Below, one piece after another: positions 36,179 to 55,512 of a DNA stretch of 64,000 nt. Source of the DNA: the human T2T-CHM13v2.0 reference genome, Homo sapiens; the NCBI RefSeq assembly GCF_009914755.1, contig NC_060948.1, one strand, 5' to 3'. The number at the start of each line of letters is the position of its first letter. The stretch's first letter is position 1. The notes below the pieces were generated by a model. That model made no database searches, had not been told where the DNA came from, and saw only the letters and a program-made list of their open reading frames with translations. A program made the position numbers and the translations under genes.

Positions 36179-38306
36179 AGATCCATATTTTTTAAATGAA
36201 AAAAAATTTCAAAGGTACTCTGCTTGGTACAATAATCAAATGTATAAACTGAGGAATAAAACATAACCATGAAACCTACTTATAACTGCATATGGAAAAT
36301 ACAGAGGATAATTTTTTAAATAACATATTTTGAAAGCCTTAACTAGTAATTTGAAGAGTTGGCATTTGAAAGGCCAGTATGAATATACCTTCAAAGCAGC
36401 AACACAGGTTCCCCATGAGAAAAAGCAAACACAGGGAAAATAAAAACACAAAGGTTCAATCTCTTCTGACCTTTGAAAGACACAGCACAGACAGTGGTCC
36501 TTAGGACGAAGAGCAGGAGACCCCTAATTCCGTCACCATGGCGATAGGGCATAAACATTGCTGGGTGAGGGCACAATCCACATTGTGAGGTCCAACTGCT
36601 GCCAGGAAGACAGGAGTGCTTTTACACAGACCGAAAGGTCATTGAAGGCTCAGAGTTTTGTTTCAAGAACTGAATCCCAAGCCCACACGTTATTAGGCTG
36701 CGCTTCTTAAAACAAGTTATGAGATGGGAAAAAGGGCACCCACAAACATACGTATACATTATGTATATAATAATATACAGTATCATATATATAATATATA
36801 TAACCTATGTATAATATTGTTTTACATCCTGCATCTTATGTTATATATATTGTATAAAATATAATAATTGATAATATATAAGTTTTATAAATATACAATA
36901 TGACATATAGTATATATTATAATTTATGACATATATAATATATGTTATATGTCATATATAGAATATATTATACGGTTAATATACGTATTAAATATAAATT
37001 ATACATTATATATATTATATATAATATATCTGTTATATATAATACCCATTATGCATAATATATATATTATGTCTATGTTATATATAGTATAAAACAACAT
37101 ATAATAATATATAATTGTATATATAAAATGCGACATATAATATATATTATATTTTATAACATATGTAATATATATTATATATTATATATAATACGTTGTA
37201 TGTAAAATACCTATATTAAATATATATTATATGACTATGTTATTAATTACATGTCACATGTGTTATATATTATATATTTTACATAGAATATACCGGTTAC
37301 ATACAACATATACTATGTTACCTATAATGTATAATTTATTACATGTAAAATAAAGAATGCAATATATTATGTATAATTTATAATATACCATATGTGGAAT
37401 GTGATATATATATCATATAATATATGATATATGATAGACAGTATATGATATATAACATACAATATATGATTCCTAATATATATGGTATACAATATATATT
37501 TTATGATATGTATTCTATATGTTTTATATTCTGTTATATATAACTATTTGAAATTATATATAACTGTATAATATTTTATGTAAATATGTAATATAATATA
37601 TATAACTATATAATATATTATATATAACTATATATTATGTTATATATACTTTTATAACATAATTTACATAAAATAACATAATATAATATATATTATATTA
37701 TTTCATATTACATAATATATATTACATATCACCCAGTATAACTAACATACATAATATTATAATATAGATTATATTATGTTATATTAAATATCATATAAAT
37801 CATGTATCATATATTCTATAATATATATTACACATTATATAATATGTATGTTGTCTATTATGTGATATATATAACTATATATATAATTATATTTTTATAC
37901 ATATAACTAGATAAACATGTAATTCTACATATTTTCATTTATAATATGTAGAATTATATAATCATATATAATTATTTATATTCTATAAAAAATTTTATCA
38001 TTACATAAATTATAATATTTAAAAATTATAATATGTACTACAAATATATATATTATATATCATATATGATATAGTACCTTTGTTATATATCATAATACAT
38101 ATAAATGTGTATTATGTTATCTATAATTATATAATTTCATATATAAGATGTATAATATGTATCATATATTATATATGTTATGTAAGATATATAGTATATA
38201 TAAGATGACACAGGATAAATATTATATACTATGACATATTAAATATATGAGGTTATATGTTACATATAAGGCATAGCACATAACATGTAATATATATCAT
38301 ATATAA

Positions 38307-38598
38307 TTTTTTTTTAGACAGAATCTTGTCCTGTTGCACACGGTGGGGTACAATGGCGCCAACTTTGCTCACTGCAACTTCTGCCTCACGGGTCCAAGCG
38401 ATTGTCCTCCCTCAGCCTCCCAGGTAGCTGGGACTACACCACACTGGGACTACACCAGCTGCCACCATGCCTAGCTAATTTTTTGGATATTTAGTAGTGA
38501 CAGCGTTTCACTGTATTGGCCAGGATGGTCTTGATCTCTTCACCTTGTGATCCCCTTGCCTTGGCCTCCAAATTTGCTGGGATTACAGGCCTGAGCCA
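38307..38598 (-). mobile_element. Alu, unit 16 (A-type)
   Basis: CAGAATCTTG / GTGGGGTACA. Confidence 0.95.
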
Positions 38599-40721
38599 AG
38601 ATCCATATTTTTTAAATGAAAAAAAATTTCAAAGGTACTCTGCTTGGTACAATAATCAAATGTATAAACTGAGGAATAAAACATAACCATGAAACCTACT
38701 TATAACTGCATATGGAAAATACAGAGGATAATTTTTTAAATAACATATTTTGAAAGCCTTAACTAGTAATTTGAAGAGTTGGCATTTGAAAGGCCAGTAT
38801 GAATATACCTTCAAAGTAGCAACACAGGTTCCCCATGAGAAAAAGCAAACACAGGGAAAATAAAAACACAAAGGTTCAATCTCTTCTGACCTTTGAAAGA
38901 CACAGCACAGACAGTGGTCCTTAGGACGAAGAGCAGGAGACCCCTAATTCCGTCACCATGGCGATAGGGCATAAACATTGCTGGGTGAGGGCACAATCCA
39001 CATTGTGAGGTCCAACTGCTGCCAGGAAGACAGGAGTGCTTTTACATAGACCGAAAGGTCATTGAAGGCTCAGAGTTTTGTTTCAAGAACTGAATCCCAA
39101 GCCCACACGTTATTAGGCTGCGCTTCTTAAAACAAGTTATGAGATGGGAAAAAGGGCACCCACAAACATACGTATACATTATGTATATAATAATATACAG
39201 TATCATATATATAATATATATAAACTATGTATAATATTGTTTTACATCCTGCATCTTATGTTATATATATTGTATAAAATATAATAATTGATAATATATA
39301 AGTTTTATAATTATACAATATGACATATAGTATATATTATAATTTATGACATATATAATATATGTTATATATCATATATAGAATATATTATACGGTTAAT
39401 ATACGTATTAAATATAAATTATACATTATATATATTATATATAATATATCTGTTATATATAATACCCATTATGCATAATATATATATTATGTCTATGTTA
39501 TATATAGTATAAAACAACATATAATAATATATAATTGTATATATAAAATGCGACATATAATATATATTATATTTTATGACATATGTAATATATATTATAT
39601 ATTATATATAATACGTTGTATGTATAATACCTATATTAAATATATATTATATGACTATGTTATTAATTACATGTCACATATGTTATATATTATATATTTT
39701 ACATAGAATATACCGGTTACATACAATTTATACTATGTTACCTATAATGTATAATTGATTACATGTAAAATAAAGAATGCAATATATTATGTATAATTTA
39801 TAATATACAATGTGTGGAATGTGATATATATAACATATAATATATGATATATGATATACAGTATATGATATATAACATACAATATATGATACCTAATATA
39901 TATGGTATACAATATATATTTTATGATATGTATTCTATATGTTTTATAATCTGTTATATATAACTATTTGAAATTATATATAACTGTATATTTTATGTAA
40001 ATATGTAATATAATATATATAACTATATAATATATTATATATAACTATATATTATGTTATATAAACTTTTATAACATAATTTACATAAAATGTCATAATA
40101 TAATATATATTATATTATTTCACATTACATAATATATATTACATATCACCCAATATAAGTAACATACATAATATTATAATATAGATTATATTATGTTATA
40201 TTAAATATCATATATATCATGTATCATATATTCTATGATATATATTACACATTATATAATATGTATGTTGTCTATTATGTGATATATATAACTATATATA
40301 ATTATATTATTATACATATAACTAGATACACATGTAATTCTACATATTTTCATTTATAATATATAGAATTATATAATCATATATAATTATTTATATTCTA
40401 TAAAAATTTATATCTTTATATAAATTATAATATAAAAAAATTATAATATGTACTACAAATATATATATTATATATCATATATGATATAGTACCTTTGTTA
40501 TATATCATAATACATATAAATGTGTATTATGTTATCTATAATTATATAATTTCATATATAAGATGTATAATATGTATTATATATTGTATATGTTATGTAA
40601 TATATATAGTATATATAAGCTGACACAGGATAAATATTATATACTATGACATATAAAATATATGAGGTTATATGTTACATATAAGGCATAGCACATAACA
40701 TGTAATATATATCATATATAA

Positions 40722-41013
40722 TTTTTTTTTAGACAGAGTCTTGTCGTGCTGCACAGGGTGAAGTACAATGGCGCCATCTTTGCTCACTGCAACATCTGCC
40801 TCTCGGGTCCAAGCGATTGTCCTCCCTCAACCTCTCAGGTAGCTGGGACTACACCACACTGGGACTACACCAGCTGCCACCATGCCTAGCTAATTTTTTG
40901 GATTTTTAGTAGTGACAGCCTTTCACTGTATTGGCCAGGATGGTCTTGATCTCTTCACCTTGTGATCCCCTTGCCTTGGCCTCCAAATTTGCTGGGATTA
41001 CAGGCCTGAGCCA
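40722..41013 (-). mobile_element. Alu, unit 17 (B-type)
   Basis: CAGAGTCTTGTCGTGCTG / GTGAAGTACA / CAACATCTG. Confidence 0.95.
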
Positions 41014-43141
41014 AGATCCATATTTTTTAAATGAAAAAAAATTTCAAAGGTACTCTGCTTGGTACAATAATCAAATGTATAAACTGAGGAATAAAACATA
41101 ACCATGAAACCTACTTATAACTGCATATGGAAAATACAGAGGATAATTTTTTAAATAACATATTTTGAAAGCCTTAACTAGTAATTTGAAGAGTTGGCAT
41201 TTGTAAGGCCAGTATGAATATACCTTCAAAGCAGCAACACAGGTTCCCCATGAGAAAAAGCAAACTCAGGGAAAATAAAACCACAAAGGTTCAATCTCTT
41301 CTGACCTTTGAAAGACACAGCACAGACAGTGGTCCTTAGGAGGAAGAGCAGGAGACCCCTAATTCCGTCACCATGGCGATAGGGCATAAACATTGCTGGG
41401 TGAGGGCACAATCCACATTGTGAGGTCCAACTGCTGCCAGGAAGACAGGAGTGCTTTTACATAGACCGAAAGGTCATTGAAGGCTCAGAGTTTTGTTTCA
41501 AGAACTGAATCCCAAGCCCACACGTTATTAGGCTGCGCTTCTTAAAACAAGTTATGAGATGGGAAAAAGGGCACCCACAAACATACGTATACATTATGTA
41601 TATAATAATATACAGTATCATACATAAAATATGTATAACCTATGTATAATATTGTTTTACATCCTGCATCTTATATTATATATATTGTATAAAATATAAT
41701 AATTGATAATATATAAGATTTATATTTATACAATATGACATATAGTATATATTATAATTTATGACATATATAATATATGTTACATATCATATATAGAATA
41801 TATTATACGGTTAATATACGTATTAAATATAAATTATACATTATATATATTATATAAAATATATCTGTTATATATAATACCCATTATGCATAATATATAT
41901 ATTATGTCTATGTTATATATAGTATAAAACAACATATAATAATATATAATTGTATATATAAAATGCGACATATAATATATATTATATTTTATGACATATG
42001 TAATATATATTATATATTATATATAATACGTTGTATGTATAATACCTATATTAAATATATATTATATGACTATGTTATTAATTACATGTCACATATGTTA
42101 TATATTATATATTTTACATAGAATATACCGGTTACATACAATAGATACTATGTTACCTATAATGTATAATTGATTACATGTAAAATAAAGAATGCAATAT
42201 ATTATGTATAATTTATAATATACAATATGTGGAATGTGATATATATAACATATAATATATGATATATGATATACAGTATATGATATATAACATACAATAT
42301 ATGATACCTAATATATATGGTATACAATATATATTTTATGATATGTATTCTATATGTTTTATATTCTGTTATATATAACTATTTGAAATTATATATAACT
42401 GTATAATATTTTATGTAAATATGTAATATAATATATATAACTATATAATATATTATATATAACTATATATTATGTTATATATACTTTTATAACATAATTT
42501 ACATAAAATGTCATAATATAATATATATTATATTATTTCACATTACATAATATATATTACATATCACCCAATATAAGTAACATACATAATATTATAATAT
42601 AGATTATATTATGTTATATTAAATATCATATATATCATGTATCATATATTCTATAATATATATTACACATTATATATTATGTATGTTGTCTATTTTGTGA
42701 TATATAAAACTATATATATAATTATATTATTATACATATAACTAGGTAAACATGTAATTCTACATATTTTCATTTGTAATATATAGAATTATATAATCAT
42801 ATATAATTATTTATATTCTATAAAAAATTATATCATTATATAAATTATAATATAAAAAAATTATAATATGTACTACAAATATATATATTATATATCATAT
42901 ATGATATAGTACCTTTGTTATATATCATAATACATATAAATGTGTATTATTTTATCTATAATTATATAATTTCATATATAAGATGTATAATATGTATTAT
43001 ATATTGTCTATGTTATGTAATATATATAGTATTTGTAAGCTGACACAGGATAAATATTATATACTATGACATATAAAATATATGAGGTTATATGTTACAT
43101 ATAAGGCATAGCACATAACATGTAATATATATCATATATAA

Positions 43142-43433
<292 letters not shown>

Positions 43434-45553
43434 AGATCCATATTTTTTAAATGAAAAAAAATTTCAAAGGTACTCTGCTTGGTACAATAATCAAATGTAT
43501 AAACTGAGGAATAAATCATAACCATGAAACCTACTTATAACTGCATATGGAAAATACAGAGGATAATTTTTTAAATAACATATTTTGAAAGCCTTAACTA
43601 GTAATTTGAAGAGTTGGCATTTGAAAGGCCAGTATGAATATACCTTCAAAGCAGCAACACAGGTTCCCCATGAGAAAAAGCAAACTCAGGGAAAATAAAA
43701 CCACAAAGGTTCAATCTCTTCTGACCTTTGAAAGACACAGCACAGACAGTGGTCCTTAGGACGAAGAGCAGGAGACCCCTAATTCCGTCACCATGGCGAT
43801 AGGGCATAAACATTGCTGGGTGAGGGCACAATCCACATTGAGAGGTCCAACTGCTGCCAGGAAGACAGGAGTGCTTTTACATAGACCGAAAGGTCATTGA
43901 AGGCTCAGAGTTTTGTTTCAAGAACTGAATCCCAAGCCCACACGTTATTAGGCTGCGCTTCTTAAAACAAGTTATGAGATGGGAAAAACGGCACCCACAA
44001 ACATACGTATACGTTATGTATATAATAATATACAGTATCATATATATAATATATATAACCTATGTATAATATTGTTTTACATCCTGCATCTTATATTATA
44101 TATATTGTATAAAATATAAAATTCATAATACATAACGTTTATATTTATACAATATGACATATAGTATATATTATAATTTATGACATATATAATATATGTT
44201 ATATATCATATATAGAATATATTATACGGTTAATATACGTATTAAATATAAATTATACATTATATATATTATATAAAATATATCTGTTATATATAATACC
44301 CTTTATGCATAATATATATATTATGTCTATGTTATATATAGTATAAAACAACATATAATAATATATAATTGTATATATAAAATGCGACATATAATATATA
44401 TTATATTTTATGACATATGTAATATATATTATATATTATATATAATACGTTGTATGTATAATACCTATATTAAATATATATTATATGACTATGTTATTAA
44501 TTACATGTCATATGTTATATATTATATATTTTACATAGAATATACCGGTTACATACAATAGATACTATGTTACCTATAATGTATAGTTGATTACATTTAA
44601 AATAAAGAATGCAATATATTATGTATAATTTATAATATACAATGTGTGGAATGTGATATATATAACATATAATATATGATATATGATATACAGTATATGA
44701 TATATAACATACAATATATGATACCTAATATATATGGTATACAATATGTATTTTATGATATGTATTCTATATGTTTTATAATCTGTTATATATAAATATT
44801 TGAAATTATATATAACTGTATATTTTATGTAAATATGTAATATAATATATATAACTATATAATATATTATATATAACTATATATTATGTTATATAAACTT
44901 TTATAACATAATTTACATAAAATGTCATAATATAATATATATTATATTATTTCACATTACATAATATATATTACATATCACCCAATATAAGTAACATACA
45001 TAATATTATAATATAGATTATATTATGTTATATTAAATATCATATATATCATGTATCATATATTCTATAATATATATTACACATTATATAACATTTATGT
45101 TGTCTATTATGTGATATATATAACTATATATAATTATATTATTATACATATAACTAGATACACATGTAATTCTACATATTTTCATTTATAATATATAGAA
45201 TTATATAATCATATATAATTATTTATATTCTATAAAAAATTATATCTTTATATAAATTATAATATAAAAAAATTATAATATGTACTACAAATATATATAT
45301 TATATATCATATATGATATAGTACCTTTGTTATATATCATAATACATATAAATGTGTATTATGTTATCTATAATTATATAATTTCATATATAAGATGTAT
45401 AATATGTATTATATATTGTATATGTTATGTAATATATATAGTATATATAAGCTGACACAGGATAAATATTATATACTATGACATATAAAATATATGAGGT
45501 TATATGTTACATATAAGGCATAGCACATAACATGTAATATATATCATATATAA

Positions 45554-45845
45554 TTTTTTTTTAGACAGAGACTTGTCGTGCTGCACAGGGTGAAGTACAA
45601 TGGCGCCATCTTTGCTCACTGCAACATCTGCCTCTCGGGTCCAAGCGATTGTCCTCCCTCAACCTCTCAGGTAGCTGGGACTACACCACACTGGGAGTAC
45701 ACCAGCTGCCACCATGCCTAGCTAATTTTTTGGATTTTTAGTAGTGACAGCGTTTCACTGTATTGGCCAGGATGGTCTTGATCTCTTCACATTGTGATCC
45801 CCTTGCCTTGGCCTCCAAATTTGCTGGGATTACAGGCCTGAGCCA
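45554..45845 (-). mobile_element. Alu, unit 19 (B-type)
   Basis: TCGTGCTG / GTGAAGTACA / CAACATCTG. Confidence 0.95.
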
Positions 45846-47939
45846 AGATCCATATTTTTTAAATGAAAAAAAATTTCAAAGGTACTCTGCTTGGTACAAT
45901 AATCAAATGTATAAACTGAGGAATAAAACATAACCATGAAACCTACTTATAACTGCATATGGAAAATACAGAGGATAATTTTTTAAATAACATATTTTGA
46001 AAGCCTTAACTAGTAATTTGAAGAGTTGGCATTTGAAAGGCCAGTATGAATATACCTTCAAAGCAGCAACACAGGTTCCCCATGAGAAAAAGCAAACACA
46101 GGGAAAATAAAACCACAAAGGTTCAAGCTCTTCTGACCTTTGAAAGACACAGCACAGACAGTGGTCCTTAGGACGAAGAGCAGGAGACCCCTAATTCCGT
46201 CACCATGGCGATAGGGCATAAACATTGCTGGGTGAGGGCACAATCCACATTGTGAGGTCCAACTGCTGCCAGGAAGACAGGAGTGCTTTTACATAGACCG
46301 AAAGGTCATTGAAGGCTCAGAGTTTTGTTTCAAGAACTGAATCCCAAGCCCACACGTTATTAGGCTGCGCTTCTTAAAACAAGTTATGAGATGGGAAAAA
46401 GGGCACCCACAAACATACGTATACATTATGTATATAATAATATACAGTATCATATATATAATATATATAACCTATGTATAATATTGTTTTACATCCTGCA
46501 TCTTATATTATATATATTGTCTAAAATATAATAATTGATAATATATAAGTTTTATATTTATACAATATGACATATAGTATATATTATAATTTATGACATA
46601 TATAATATATGTTATATATCATATATAGAATATATTATACGGTTAATATACGTATTAAATATAAATTATACATTATATATATTATATATAATATATCTGT
46701 TATATATAATACCCATTATGCATAATATGTATATTATGTCTATGTTATATATAGTATAAAACAACATATAATAATATATAATTGTATATATAAAATGCGA
46801 CATATAATATATATTATATTTTATGACATATGTAATATATATTATATATTATATATAATACGTTGTGTGTATAATACCTATATTAAATATATATTATATG
46901 ACTATGTTATTAATTACCTGTCACATGTGTTATATATTATATATTTTACATAGAATATACCGGTTACATACAATATATACTATGTTACCTATAATGTATA
47001 ATTGATTACATGTAAAATAAAAATGCAATATATTATGTATAATTTATAATATACAATTTGTGGAATGTGATATATATAACATATAATATATGATATATGA
47101 TATACAGTATATGATATATAACATACAATATATGATACCTAGTATATATGGTATACAATATATATTTTATGATATGTATTCTATATGTTTTATATTCTGT
47201 TATATATAACTATTTGAAATTATATATAACTGTATAATATTTTATGTAAATATGTAATATAATATATATAACTATATAATATATTATATATAACTATATA
47301 TTATGTTATATATACTTTTATATCATAATTTACATAAAATGTCATAATATAATATATATTATATTATTTCATATTACATAATATGTATTACATATCACCC
47401 AATATAAGTAACATACATAATATTATAATATAGATTATATTATGTTATGTTAAATATCATATATATCATGTATCATATATTCTATAATATATATTATACA
47501 TTATATAATATGTATGTTGTCTATTATGTGATATATATAACTATATATTATTATATTATTATACATATAACTAGATAAACATGTAATTCTACATATTTTC
47601 ATTTATAATATATAGAATTATATAATCATATATAATTATTTATATTCTATAAAAAATTATATCATATATAAATTATAATATAAAAAAATTATAATATGTA
47701 CTACAAATATATATATTATATATCATATATGATATAGTACCTTTGTTATATATCATAATACATATAAATGTGTATTATGTTATCTATAATTATATAATTT
47801 CATATATAAGATGTATAATATGTATTATATATTGTATATGTTATGTAATATATATAGTATATATAAGCTGACACAGGATAAATATTATATACTATGACAT
47901 ATAAAATATATGAGGTTATATGTTACATATAAGGCATAG

Positions 47940-48260
<321 letters not shown>

Positions 48261-50388
48261 AGATCCATATTTTTTAAATGAAAAAAAATTTCAAAGGTAC
48301 TCTGCTTGGTACAATAATCAAATGTATAAACTGAGGAATAAAACATAACCATGAAACCTACTTATAAATGCATATGGAAAATACAGAGGATAATTTTTTA
48401 AATAACATATTTTGAAAGCCTTAACTAGTAATTTGAAGAGTTGGCATTTGTAAGGCCAGTATGAATATACCTTCAAAGCAGCAACACAGGTTCCCCATGA
48501 GAAAAAGCAAACTCAGGGAAAATAAAACCACAAAGGTTCAATCTCTTCTGACCTTTGAAAGACACAGCACAGACAGTGGTCCTTAGGACGAAGAGCAGGA
48601 GACCCCTAGTTCCGTCACCATGGCGATAGGGCATAAACATTGCTGGGTGAGGGCACAATCCACATTGTGAGGTCCAACTGCTGCCAGGAAGACAGGAGTG
48701 CTTTTACATAGACCGAAAGGTCATTGAAGGCTCAGAGTTTTGTTTCAAGAACTGAATCCCAAGCCCACACGTTATTAGGCTGCGCTTCTTAAAACAAGTT
48801 ATGAGATGGGAAAAAGGGCACCCACAAACATACGTATACATTATGTATATAATAATATACATTATCATATATAAAATATGTATAAACTATGTATAATATT
48901 GTTTTACATCCTGCATCTTATATTATATATATTGTATAAAATATAATAATTGATAATATATAAGTTTTATATTTATACAATATGACATATAGTATATATT
49001 ATACTTTATGACATATATAATATATGTTATATATCATATATAGAATATATTATACGGTTAATATACGTATTAAATATAAATTATACATTATATATATTAT
49101 ATAAAATATATCTGTTATATATAATACCCATTATGCATAATATATATATTATGTCTATGTTATATATAGTATAAAACAACATATAATAATATATAATTGT
49201 ATATATAAAATGCGACATATAATATATATTATATTTTATGACATATGTAATATATATTATATATTATATATAATACGTTGTATGTATAATACCTATATTA
49301 AATATATATTATATGACTATGTTATTAATTACATGTCACATATGTTATATATTATATATTTTACATAGAATATATCGGTTACATACAATATATGCTATGT
49401 TACCTATAATGTATAATTGATTACATGTAAAATAAAGAATGCAATATATTATGTATAATTTATAATATACAATATGTGGAATGTGATATATATAACATAT
49501 AATATATGATATATGATATACAGTATATGATATATAACATACAATATATGATACCTAATATATATGGTATACAATATATATTTTATGATATGTATTCTAT
49601 ATGTTTTATATTCTGTTATATATAACTATTTGAAATTATATATAACTGTATAATATTTTATGTAAATATGTAATATAATATATATAACTATATAATATAT
49701 TATATATAACTATATATTATGTTATATATACTTTTATAACATAATTTACATAAAATGTCATAATATAATATATATTATATTATTTCACATTACATAATAT
49801 ATATTACATATCACCCAATATAAGTAACATACATAATATTATAATATAGATTATATTATGTTATATTAAATATCATATATATCATGTATCATATATTCTA
49901 TAATATATATTACACATTATATAATATGTATGTTGTCTATTTTGTGATATATAAAACTATATATATAATTATATTATTATACATATAACTAGGTAAACAT
50001 GTAATTCTACATATTTTCATTTGTAATATATAGAATTATATAATCATATATAATTATTTATATTCTATAAAAAATTATATCATTATATAAATTATAATAT
50101 AAAAAAATTATAATATGTACTACAAATATATATATTATATATCATATATGATATAGTACCTTTGTTATATATCATAATACATATAAATGTGTATTATTTT
50201 ATCTATAATTATATAATTTCATATATAAGATTTATAATATGTATTATATATTGTCTATGTTATGTAATATATATAGTATATGTAAGCTGACACAGGATAA
50301 ATATTATATACTATGACATATAAAATATATGAGGTTATATGTTACATATAAGGCATAGCACATAACATGTAATATATATCATATATAA

Positions 50389-50680
<292 letters not shown>

Positions 50681-52784
50681 AGATCCATATTTTTTAAATG
50701 AAAAAAAATTTCAAAGGTACTCTGCTTGGTACAATAATCAAATGTATAAACTGAGGAATAAAACATAACCATGAAACCTACTTATAACTGCATATGGAAA
50801 ATACAGAGGATAATTTTTTAAATAACATATTTTGAAAGCCTTAACTAGTAATTTGAAGAGTTGGCATTTGAAAAGCCAGTATGAATATACCTTCAAAGCA
50901 GCAACACAGGTTCCCCATGAGAAAAAGCAAACTCAGGGAAAATAAAACCACAAAGGTTCAATCTCTTCTGACCTTTGAAAGACACAGCACTGACAGTGGT
51001 CCTTAGGACGAAGAGCAGGAGACCCCTAATTCCGTCACCATGGCGATAGGGCATAAACATTGCTGGGTGAGGGCACAATCCACATTGAGAGGTCCAACTG
51101 CTGCCAGGAAGACAGGAGTGCTTTTACATAGACCGAAAGGTCATTGAAGGCTCAGAGTTTTGTTTCAAGAACTGAATCCCAAGCCCACACGTTATTAGGC
51201 TGCGCTTCTTAAAACAAGTTATGAGATGGGAAAAAGGGCACCCACAAACATACGTATACATTATGTATATAATAATATACAGTATCATATATATAATATA
51301 TATAACCTATGTATAATATTGTTTTACATCCTGCATCTTATATTATATATATTGTATAAAATATAAAATTCATAATACATAACGTTTATATTTATACAAT
51401 ATGACATATAGTATATATTATAATTTATGACATATATAATATATGTTATATATCATATATAGAATATATTATACGGTTAATATACGTATTAAATATAAAT
51501 TATACATTATATATATTATATAAAATATATCTGTTATATATAATACCCTTTATGCATAATATATATATTATATCTATGTTATATATAGTATAAAACAACA
51601 TATAATAATATATAATTGTATATATAAAATGCGACATATAATATATATTATATTTTATGACATATGATATATATATTATATATTATATATAATACGTTGT
51701 ATGTATAATACCTATATTAAATATATATTATATGACTATGTTATTAATTACATGTCACATGTGTTATATATTATTTATTTTACATAGAATATACCGGTTA
51801 CATACAATATATACTATGTTACCTATAATGTATAATTTATTACATGTAAAATAAAGAATGCAATATATTATGTATAATTTATAATATACAATATGTGGAA
51901 TGTGATATATATAACATATAATATATGATATATGATATACAGTATATGATATATAACATACAATATATGATTCCTAATATATATGGTATACAATATATAT
52001 TTTATGATATGTATTCTATATGTTTTATATTCTGTTATATATAACTATTTGAAATTATATATAACTGTATAATATTTTATGTAAATATGTAATATAATAT
52101 ATATAACTATATAATATATTATATATAACTATATATTATGTTATATATACTTTTATAACATAATTTACATAAAATATCATAACATAATATATATTATATT
52201 ATTTCATATTACATAATATATATTACATATCACCCAATATAACTAACATACATAATATTATAATATAGATTATATTATGTTATATTAAATATGATATATA
52301 TCATGTATCATATATTCTATAATATATATTACACATTATATAATATGTATGTTGTCTATTATGTGATATATATAACTATATATATAATTATATTTTTATA
52401 CATATAACTAGATAAACATGTAATTCTACATATTTTCATTTATAATATGTAGAATTATATAATCATATATAATTATTTATATTCTATAAAAAATTTTATC
52501 ATTATATAAATTATAATATATAAAAATTATAATATGTACTACAAATATATATATTATATATCATATATGCTATAGTACCTTTGTTATATATCATAATACA
52601 TATAAATGTGTATTATGTTATCTATAATTATATAATTTCATATATAAGTTGTATAATATGTATCATATATTATATATGTTATGTAATATATATAGTATAT
52701 ATAAGATGACACAGGATAAATATTATATACTATGACATATAAAATATATGAGGTTATATGTTACATATAAGGCATAGCACATAA

Positions 52785-53099
<315 letters not shown>

Positions 53100-55220
53100 A
53101 GATCCATATTTTTTAAATGAAAAAAAATTTCAAAGGTACTCTGCTTGGTACAATAATCAAATGTATAAACTGAGGAATAAAACATAACCATGAAACCTAC
53201 TTATAACTGCATATGGAAAATACAGAGGATAATTTTTTAAATAACATATTTTGAAAGCCTTAACTAGTAATTTGAAGAGCTGGCATTTGAAAGGCCAGTA
53301 TGAATATACCTTCAAAGCAGCAACAGAGGTTCCCCATGAGAAAAAGCAAACACAGGGAAAGTAAAAACACAAAGGTTCAATCTCGTCTGACCTTTGAAAG
53401 ACACAGCACAGACAGTGGTCCTTAGGACGAAGAGCAGGAGACCCCTAATTCCGTCACCATGGCGATAGGGCATAAACATTGCTGGGTGAGGGCACAATCC
53501 ACATTGTGAGGTCCAACTGCTGCCAGGAAGACAGGAGTGCTTTTACATAGACCGAAAGGTCATTGAAGGCTCAGAGTTTTGTTTCAAGAACTGAATCCCA
53601 AGCCCACACGTTATTAGGCTGCGCTTCTTAAAACAACTTATGAGATGGGAAAAAGGGCACCCACAAACATACGTATACGTTATGTATATAATAATATACA
53701 GTATCATATATATAATATATATAACCTATGTATAATATTGTTTTACATCCTGCATCTTATGTTATATATATTGTATAAAATATAATAATTGATAATATAT
53801 AAGTTTTATAATTATACAGTAAGACATATAGTATATATTATAATTTATGACATATGTAATATATGTTATATGTCATATATAGAATATATTATACGGTTAA
53901 TATACGTATTAAATATAAATTATACATTATATATATTATATATAATATATCTGTTATATATAATACCCATTATGCATAATATATATATTATGTCTATGTT
54001 ATATATAGTATAAAACAACATATAATAATATATAATTGTATATATAAAATGCGACATATAATATATATTATATTTTATAACATATGTAATATATATTATA
54101 TATAATACGTTGTATGTATAATACCTATATTAAATATATATTATATGACTATGTTATTAATTACATGTCACATGTGTTATATATTATATATTTTACATAG
54201 AATATACCGGTTACATACAATATATACTATGTTACCTATAATGTATAATTTATTACATGTAAAATAAAGAATGCAATATATTATGTAAAATTTATAATAT
54301 ACCATATGTGGAATGTGATATATATAACATATAATATATGATATATGATATACAGTATATGATATATAACATACAATATATGATTCCTAATATATATGGT
54401 ATACAATATATATTTTATGATATGTATTCTATATGTTTTATATTCTGTTATATATAACTATTTGAAATTATATATAACTGTATAATATTTTATGTAAATA
54501 TGAAATATAATATATATAACTATATAATATATTATATATAACTATATATTATATTATATATACTTTTATAACATAATTTACATAAAATATCATAATATAA
54601 TATATATTATATTATTTCATATTACATAATACATATTACATATCACCCAATATAACTAACATACATAATATTATAATATAGATTATATTGTGTTATATTA
54701 AATATCATATATATCATGTATCATATATTCTATAATATATAATACACATTATATAATATGTATGTTGTCTATTACGTGATATATATAACTATATATATAA
54801 TTATATTTTTATACATATAACTAGATAAACATGTAATTCTACATATTTTCATTTATAATATGTAGAATTATATAATCATATATAATTATTTATATTCTAT
54901 AAAAAATTTTATCATTATATAAATTATAATATATAAAAATTATAATATGTACTACAAATATATATATTATATATCATATATGCTATAGTACCTTTGTTAT
55001 ATATCATAATACATATAAATGTGTATTATGTTATCTATAATTATATAATTTCATATATAAGTTGTATAATATGTATCATATATTATATATGTTATGTAAT
55101 ATATATAGTATATATAAGATGACACAGGATAAATATTATATACTATGACATATAAAATATATGAGGTTATATGTTACATATAAGGCATAGCACATAACAT
55201 GTAATATATATCATATATAA

Positions 55221-55512
<292 letters not shown>

